A stretch of 64,000 bases of DNA, taken from contig DATCTM010000020.1 of NCBI GenBank assembly GCA_036567945.1, positions 72 through 64,071 on the forward strand, given 5' to 3'. This DNA is from Vicingaceae bacterium (lineage in GTDB: Bacteria; Bacteroidota; Bacteroidia; Flavobacteriales_E; Vicingaceae). The position numbers and the translations under genes were made by a program. A model generated the notes under the pieces. The model searched no databases. It was not told the origin of the DNA and saw nothing but the letters and a program-made list of their open reading frames with translations. Every line of letters starts with the position of its first letter. The stretch's first letter is position 1. Shown here piece by piece: positions 58,663 to 64,000 of the stretch.

Positions 58663-58685
58663 ATCAATTCTTATTTATTTCGCTG

Positions 58686-58693
58686 CAAATATA
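58686..58693 (-). promoter_or_regulatory. candidate -7 box (TATATTTG on minus strand) upstream of the terminator/rimP
   Basis: Reverse complement of CAAATATA, located between the rplI stop (58705) and the hairpin. Confidence 0.35.
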
Positions 58694-58704
58694 GTAATTA
58701 ATTT

Positions 58705-59151
58705 TTATTCTTCAACTACTTCAAATTTAATTATTGCATCTACTTCTTTATGCAATTTAACTTCAGCTTCATAAGCTCCTAAGTTTTTAATTGCATCTCC
58801 TTTCAATTTAATTAATTTTTTATCTAATACAATACCTGCTTTTTCGGCTGCTTCAGCAATTTGTATGGTATTGATAGAACCAAAAATCTTTCCATTCTCT
58901 CCAGCTTTAGCGCCAATTTTCAAAACAGTTTTTGATAATTTGTCTGCTGCTTTCTCTGCTTCTTCTTTAATTTTTTGGTTTTTAACTGCTTGTTGTTTTA
59001 AGTTTTCTGCTAAAACTTTTAAAGCAGATGGAGTAGCTATTTTAGCCATTCCTTGAGGAATAAGGAAGTTTCTGCCATAACCGTTTTTCACGGTAACAAC
59101 ATCATTCTTAAATCCTAAGTTTTCTATATTTTCGTTTAATATGATTTTCAT
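58705..59151 (-). CDS. rplI: 50S ribosomal protein L9
   Basis: MKIILNENIENLGFKNDVVTVKNGYGRNFLIPQG is the canonical L9 N-terminus. Start taken at ATG 59151, not 59196 as in the ORF track. Confidence 0.93.
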   Translation of the reverse strand: MKIILNENIENLGFKNDVVTVKNGYGRNFLIPQGMAKIATPSALKVLAENLKQQAVKNQKIKEEAEKAADKLSKTVLKIGAKAGENGKIFGSINTIQIAEAAEKAGIVLDKKLIKLKGDAIKNLGAYEAEVKLHKEVDAIIKFEVVEE

Positions 59152-59183
59152 CTGTATATTTTTTAATGTTATTAAATTGTCAG

Positions 59184-59245
59184 ATGGAACTCCCATAATG
59201 TTTCTCTTTACTTTAAGAGAGACTTCAATTTATGGTCGTTTCATT
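59184..59245 (-). repeat. bipartite conserved element, copy A (upstream of rplI)
   Basis: On the minus strand: AATGAAACGACCAT-N37-GGGAGTTCCAT-N32-ATG(rplI). Both blocks are identical to copy B. Confidence 0.85.
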
Positions 59246-59281
59246 TTTCTAAAGTGTTTGTAGGTTTAAACTTAGTTTGAA

Positions 59282-59551
59282 TTATTTAAGCATATCAGCT
59301 ACATAAGGCATTAACGCTAAATGTCTCGCTCTTTTTACTGCTTGAGAAACTTTTCTTTGATATTTTAAAGAAGTTCCAGTAATTCTTCTAGGAAGTAATT
59401 TTCCTTGCTCATTTACAAATTGTAATAAAAACTTTTCGTCTTTATAGTCAATGTATTTGATTTTATGTTTTTTAAATCTACAATATTTTTCTTTGGTTAA
59501 CTCAATGTTTGGAGGAGTTAAATATCTAATTTCTGATGAATTTTCTGACAT
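59282..59551 (-). CDS. rpsR: 30S ribosomal protein S18
   Basis: [48 protein letters not shown]. Confidence 0.95.
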   Translation of the reverse strand: MSENSSEIRYLTPPNIELTKEKYCRFKKHKIKYIDYKDEKFLLQFVNEQGKLLPRRITGTSLKYQRKVSQAVKRARHLALMPYVADMLK

Positions 59552-59573
59552 GATGTTTTGTTTTAAAAGTTAA

Positions 59574-59930
59574 TTATTCAGCTGTTGTTGGTTCAGCTTT
59601 TTTACTTCTGTTTTTTCTTGATTCCACGAAAGCAATAGCGTGCTTATCTAAAGCTACTGTTAGAAAACGCATTACTTTTTCGTCTCTCTTCAAAGCTACT
59701 TCAATATTTGCAATAGCCTCTCCTTCTATTTCGTACTCAAACAAATGGTAAAAACCTGTTGATTTTTTTTGAATTGGGTAAGCTAATTTTCTTAATCCCC
59801 AGTCTTCTTCGTGCATCAACTTAGCACCTGAATCTTTTAAAAACTTTTTAAAGTTTATTACTGTTTCCTTTACCTGATCTACAGATAAAACGGGAGTTAA
59901 AATGAAAACAGTTTCATAACGTTTAGTCAT
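59574..59930 (-). CDS. rpsF: 30S ribosomal protein S6
   Basis: YETVFILTP...EDWGLRKLAYPIQKK...GFYHLFEY. Confidence 0.95.
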   Translation of the reverse strand: MTKRYETVFILTPVLSVDQVKETVINFKKFLKDSGAKLMHEEDWGLRKLAYPIQKKSTGFYHLFEYEIEGEAIANIEVALKRDEKVMRFLTVALDKHAIAFVESRKNRSKKAEPTTAE

Positions 59931-59985
59931 TTTTTTAATGTTTTTTGTTTATAAATAATTGTTATCCTTCTTAAAAAAAGGACGG

Positions 59986-60016
59986 CAAAAGTAAACAAAT
60001 TTTCTTTATTTTCAAA
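59986..60016 (-). promoter_or_regulatory. candidate sigma-A promoter of rpsF-rpsR-rplI (TTTG-N19-TACTTTTG)
   Basis: On the minus strand, TTTG (60016-60013), a 19-nt spacer, then TACTTTTG (59993-59986). This is the best full -33/-7 match I found in the window. Confidence 0.55.
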
Positions 60017-60030
60017 TGCTTAAAGAAAAT

Positions 60031-60534
60031 TTATTCATTTGCAAAAATGGTTAATGCTAAAACACCATCTTCTTGCAGTGCATAATCTAATTCTATGGTA
60101 ATACTTTCGTCATTTTTTAACCATCTTGCCAAGCCATTAGCATCATCTTCTAATTTAAAACCTTTCAACTCATTAAACTGCTTAGTATAGGCTTCTTTTA
60201 ATACACCAAACTGCTCCTTGTTATTTACTTGGAAATCTATCCCTACTTCAAAACAACCCAGTTCATCAAACACATAGGTCAATTCGTAAAAATCTGATTC
60301 ACTTAATTCATATTTATAAACCAACAAATCGTCATCTTGCTCTATTAAATTCTTTTTCTTTTCTTTTTTAGCAACTTTATCAATAGATAAATTAATTCGT
60401 TGCAACAACTCCTCTACCGTGGCTTTTTTATTCATCTGCTCGTAATAACTATCCGATTTTTTATTCGACTGACACGACACAACAAACAATAACAACACTA
60501 ATATTGGGGAATACACTAATTTTTTCATCTGCAA
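60031..60534 (-). CDS. hypothetical lipoprotein
   Basis: Lipobox LLLFVVSCQS; 167 aa. Confidence 0.55.
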   Translation of the reverse strand: MQMKKLVYSPILVLLLFVVSCQSNKKSDSYYEQMNKKATVEELLQRINLSIDKVAKKEKKKNLIEQDDDLLVYKYELSESDFYELTYVFDELGCFEVGIDFQVNNKEQFGVLKEAYTKQFNELKGFKLEDDANGLARWLKNDESITIELDYALQEDGVLALTIFANE

Positions 60535-60727
60535 CTGTTTTTAAGGTGTAAAGGTACAAAGATCCTTTATAAAATAAAAAGTATATTTGTTTGGTGGTTA
60601 AATTATCAATAAGTTAAGCCATTAAACTCTGATTTGTTATTAAATAACAACTACAAAAAATAATAAAAAGTCCATACTACCAAAAAATTCATGACTTAAA
60701 TCATTTTACTATATCATGTTTCTTTTA

Positions 60728-60735
60728 TACATTTG
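60728..60735 (+). promoter_or_regulatory. candidate -7 box (TACATTTG) for the Cys-rich lipoprotein gene
   Basis: TAnnTTTG match 24 nt upstream of the ATG at 60760. Confidence 0.4.
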
Positions 60736-60759
60736 CTATGACATCATTATTTTTATATT

Positions 60760-61017
60760 ATGAAAACTAATCATTTGAAATACGCTCAACTTTTCAAAAG
60801 AAGCGTAACAATCGTTATCATTACTTTTATGAGTTTTGTATCTCTCACATTAACAGGATGCGCTAAAGAAAAACATTGTAACTCTGGTTATCCATTATAT
60901 TGTGCAAAAGTTAAAGTATGTTGCCCTGCTGGCTACCCTTATTATTGTGATGGCGTTTGTAAACAAGCACCATGTCCAAGTGGAACAGTAACAGTAGATG
61001 CTTGCGAACCTGAATAA
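60760..61017 (+). CDS. small cysteine-rich lipoprotein
   Basis: 85 aa with lipobox LTLTGC. The mature ~55-aa part has 8 further Cys and two GYP[LY]YC motifs. Confidence 0.6.
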   Translation: MKTNHLKYAQLFKRSVTIVIITFMSFVSLTLTGCAKEKHCNSGYPLYCAKVKVCCPAGYPYYCDGVCKQAPCPSGTVTVDACEPE

Positions 61018-61034
61018 AATTAATGGTAACCCTT

Positions 61035-61069
61035 AAAAAAACTTAGTTATGTTTAACTAAGTTTTTTTT
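61035..61069 (+). terminator. intrinsic terminator after the Cys-rich gene
   Basis: Stem ACTTAGTTA/TAACTAAGT with a 4-nt loop, flanked by an A-run and a T8 run. Confidence 0.8.
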
Positions 61070-61340
61070 ATAAACAAATATTTTCCAGCACCTTAGACAA
61101 GTTCACCAAATACAGAAATGAGATTTTGTAGCATATCTTACTAAAGAATAACTAACTCCACTATTAATTAAACATAAAACCTTAATTTAAACAAACATTT
61201 ATATCCAATAAAAATCTAACCAACAACTACTTAACACTATACAACCATCCTAGAAACTCCTAAAATTAAAAAAATTATACTCGTATTCATCAAATTTTTT
61301 ATACTTTAGCCAACTATTGTATAAAACAACCTATTACATA

Positions 61341-63341
61341 ATGAAAAAATTACTATTAACTACCTCATTATCAATAGCTACTTTTTTATCTGTGTTAGCT
61401 CAGAACATTGATTTTGACAAGAAAAACTTTAGCAACAACAAAGATGGTTTCAAACAAGCCTTAACAGACTTAAACGAAGGTAATATGGCTTATTTTAATG
61501 GTGTGTTTTCAAAAGCTATTGAACCTTTTGAAAGAGCCCAAAATTTCAATCCAAATAATGCTGAATTAAATGGAAAAATTGCTGATTGTTATTTTCAAAC
61601 GGACAATGCCCATAAAGCCAAACAGTTATTAGAAAGTGTTTTTAAATTAGATGCTCAACCAGACGGTTATTTTATTTATTTAAATGCTCAAATAAAACAT
61701 AGCGAAAATGAATTTGATGAAGCTATAAAACTCTATCGTAGTGCAAAAACAAAAGGATCTAATATCAAACCTAATGCTTTATACAATATTGATAAAAAAA
61801 TTAAAGAATGTACTTACGCCAAAAAACTCATCAAAACACCTGTAAATGTAGAAATTATAAATGTTGGAAAATCTATTAATTCATCAAATCAGGAATATGT
61901 TCCTGTTATTACTGCTGATGAATCTGAACTATTTTTTACCTCAAGGAGAGCTGATACAGAAGGTGGAGGAAGAGACAACCTAATTGATGACTTTTATGAA
62001 GATATTTACTACAGCACTAAAGACGAAAATGGTGAATGGCAACCTGCAACTAATTTAGGTAAACCCGTAAGTAGTGAATTCCATGACGCTACTGTTGGAC
62101 TATCTATCGATGGACAGAAACTTTTTATTTACAGAGATAACGAAAAAGGTATAGGGAATATCTATGTTACGGAGAAAAAAGGTACTGAATGGACTGAGCC
62201 TACTGAACTGCCAAAACCTATCACATCTAAATACCAGGAAACATCAGCAAGTTACGATTATACAGGAAAAACTATTTTCTTTGTTAGTGACAGACCTGGA
62301 GGAAAAGGTGGAAAAGACATTTATAAATGCACACAAGACAAAGAAGGTAACTGGGGTGATGCTATAAACTTAGGCAGCCCAATAAATACCGAATTTGATG
62401 AAGATGCTATTTTTCTTCATCCTGATGGAAGAACACTTTATTTCAGCTCTAACGGAAACAACTCTATGGGAGGGTATGATATTTTTAAAAGCACCTTAGA
62501 AAAAGAAAAATGGACTACCCCTCAAAATTTAGGATACCCTATAAATTCTGCTGGCGATGATGTTGCTTTTGTACTAACCGCAAATGGCGAACATGGGTAC
62601 TATACTTCTGGAAAAACAGGTGGCGAAGGCAAAAGAGACATTTACAAAATTGTATTCTTAGATGAAATTAAAAATAACAATCGTCCTAAACTTACCTTAC
62701 TAAAAGGAGTTGTTTTTGATAACAAAACCAAAGAGCCATTAAGTGCTTTAATAGAAATTTTTGATAATGATAAAAATGAAATGGTATCTTCTTACGAATC
62801 AAACAGTGCAACGGGGAAATACATGGTTTCTCTACCTGCCGGACATGATTACGGAATTAGTGTAAAAAAAGAAGGATACTTGTTCTATTCTGAAAACATC
62901 AATATTCCTGATACTGCTGCTTTTCAAGAAATTGAAAAAAACATTGGTTTGGATAAAATTGAAAAAGGTAAAAAAGTAGTCTTAATGAATATTTTTTATG
63001 ACTATAACAAGGCTAGTTTAAGGTCTTCATCATATAACGAATTAGACAAAGTAGTTGAGTTGCTTAACAAAAATGCTAAGATGAAAGTAGAATTAGCTGC
63101 CCATACTGACTCGAGAGGTGGTGATGCATATAATTTAAAACTATCTCAAGAAAGAGCTCAATCGTGCGTAGATTATTTAACTTCTAAAGGAATTGACCGC
63201 TCTCGGTTAATTGCTAAAGGTTACGGAGAATCTCAACCATTAGTAAAAGAAGAAGTGATAAACAAAATGGCAACTGAGCAAGAAAAAGAAGCTGCTCATC
63301 AGCAAAACAGGCGTTCGGAATTTAAGATTTTAGAGAATTAA
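61341..63341 (+). CDS. OmpA-family protein with TPR, TolB-like beta-propeller repeats and a CarboxypepD_reg-like domain
   Basis: Signal peptide from ATG 61341. Repeated E..P.....G..L.F.S.R.GG.GG.DIY motifs. C-terminal OmpA domain (NIFYDYNKASL...HTDSRGGDAYNLKLSQERAQS...GYGESQP...NRRSEF). Confidence 0.85.
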   Translation: MKKLLLTTSLSIATFLSVLAQNIDFDKKNFSNNKDGFKQALTDLNEGNMAYFNGVFSKAIEPFERAQNFNPNNAELNGKIADCYFQTDNAHKAKQLLESVFKLDAQPDGYFIYLNAQIKHSENEFDEAIKLYRSAKTKGSNIKPNALYNIDKKIKECTYAKKLIKTPVNVEIINVGKSINSSNQEYVPVITADESELFFTSRRADTEGGGRDNLIDDFYEDIYYSTKDENGEWQPATNLGKPVSSEFHDATVGLSIDGQKLFIYRDNEKGIGNIYVTEKKGTEWTEPTELPKPITSKYQETSASYDYTGKTIFFVSDRPGGKGGKDIYKCTQDKEGNWGDAINLGSPINTEFDEDAIFLHPDGRTLYFSSNGNNSMGGYDIFKSTLEKEKWTTPQNLGYPINSAGDDVAFVLTANGEHGYYTSGKTGGEGKRDIYKIVFLDEIKNNNRPKLTLLKGVVFDNKTKEPLSALIEIFDNDKNEMVSSYESNSATGKYMVSLPAGHDYGISVKKEGYLFYSENINIPDTAAFQEIEKNIGLDKIEKGKKVVLMNIFYDYNKASLRSSSYNELDKVVELLNKNAKMKVELAAHTDSRGGDAYNLKLSQERAQSCVDYLTSKGIDRSRLIAKGYGESQPLVKEEVINKMATEQEKEAAHQQNRRSEFKILEN

Positions 63342-63363
63342 TTAGTTTAACCAATAAAGGTTC

Positions 63364-64000
63364 TTACTTATTCGGAATAACAACCATTGTTTTCACTCTT
63401 TCTTCTTCATTTTTAATAGAAAAAAAAGCCTTTTTTCCATAAAGTAAATCCAACCGTTGTTTGGTATTTGCTAATCCAAAACCTGTTTCTGAACTAGCTT
63501 GCTCATCATAATGTCCGCTATTATAAATAATTACTTTTAGCTTATCAGCTTCTAATGAAGCTGATATTTCTACCGTCCCACCTTTTGGAAGTTTAGAAGT
63601 GCCGTGCTTTATAGCATTCTCAACTAAGGTTTGTATCATTAATGGCGGCACCAAAAAGTTTTTGGCGTTTTCATTTATTGCTAATTTAATGGTTAGCTTT
63701 TCTTCAAAACGCATTTTTTCCAAGCTCAAATAATCTTCTACCATTTTAAGCTCTTCAGAAAATGGAACTAGAGTCTTTTTCCCCATCAATAAAGAGTTTC
63801 TAAGCACATTCGATAGTTCTGTTACCGCTTTTTTTGCCAATAGAGGATTTTCATCAATTAAAGCTCTAATGCTATTCATGGAATTAAAAACAAAATGTGG
63901 ATTTAACTGAGAAATTAATCTATTCAGCTCAATTTCATTTTTGGCTGCTTGCCATTTTAAATTTTTAATTTCTTCCTTTTTATAATTGGTCACATAGTGA
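63364..64000 (-). CDS. sensor histidine kinase, LytS/YehU type (C-terminal part; N-terminus beyond window)
   Basis: LNPHFVFNSMNSIRALI (His_kinase H-box) and an HATPase_c region (LVENAIKHG...GFGLANTKQRL). The frame is still open at base 64000. Confidence 0.8.
   Translation of the reverse strand, partial: HYVTNYKKEEIKNLKWQAAKNEIELNRLISQLNPHFVFNSMNSIRALIDENPLLAKKAVTELSNVLRNSLLMGKKTLVPFSEELKMVEDYLSLEKMRFEEKLTIKLAINENAKNFLVPPLMIQTLVENAIKHGTSKLPKGGTVEISASLEADKLKVIIYNSGHYDEQASSETGFGLANTKQRLDLLYGKKAFFSIKNEEERVKTMVVIPNK

Noticed and set aside
59152-59196. N-terminal extension of rplI (MGVPSDNLITLKNIQ)
   Set aside because: L9 canonically begins MKIIL.... The extension merely translates the conserved GGGAGTTCCAT block, and the equivalent block at the cmk locus is not in frame with any ATG.
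1-64000. Scan for CRISPR arrays, rRNA/tRNA genes, IS elements, integrases, and phage or conjugation genes
   Set aside because: By eye I found no regularly spaced direct repeats, no tRNA T-arm boxes in intergenic regions, and no transposase- or integrase-like translations. A tRNAscan/Infernal run would be needed for certainty on small RNAs.

Overview
Visibly AT-rich chromosomal segment, almost certainly from a Bacteroidota organism of the Flavobacteriia type. Supporting signs: type IX secretion parts (PorQ-like, GldH-like), T9SS type A and type B C-terminal sorting domains, TAnnTTTG -7 promoter boxes, no Shine-Dalgarno sequences, and an exbB-exbD-tonB-folC cluster. About 59 protein genes are tightly packed. 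Most are housekeeping: mtnA, folC, radA, lysS, cysQ, a SAM-I riboswitch controlling a two-gene split metH, CBS, gmhA, comM, ilvE, cmk, can/sulP, ctp, yidD-rnpA, fdhD, rimP-nusA-infB and rpsF-rpsR-rplI. I saw no rRNA, tRNA, CRISPR array, transposase or integrase. Five things stand out. (1) A bipartite 61-62 nt element occurs twice, at an identical 32 nt distance upstream of the rplI and cmk start codons, and it carries a 4-codon mini-ORF (MKRP-stop). (2) A two-gene island of unknown function (34.1-36.1 kb) has a perfect 28-bp palindrome in its leader, a shared CCGGWACGTT site, and a repeat-rich 300-bp noncoding tail. (3) An ECF sigma gene is followed by an anti-sigma-like protein that ends in an outer-membrane beta-barrel. 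(4) A strong terminator hairpin sits 13 nt upstream of rimP-nusA-infB. (5) There is an orphan cysteine-rich mini-lipoprotein, a catalytic-domain-less ALDH-like protein, and a giant adhesin with anciently duplicated 98-aa modules. All functional calls come from reading motifs in the translations by eye; no database search was run.
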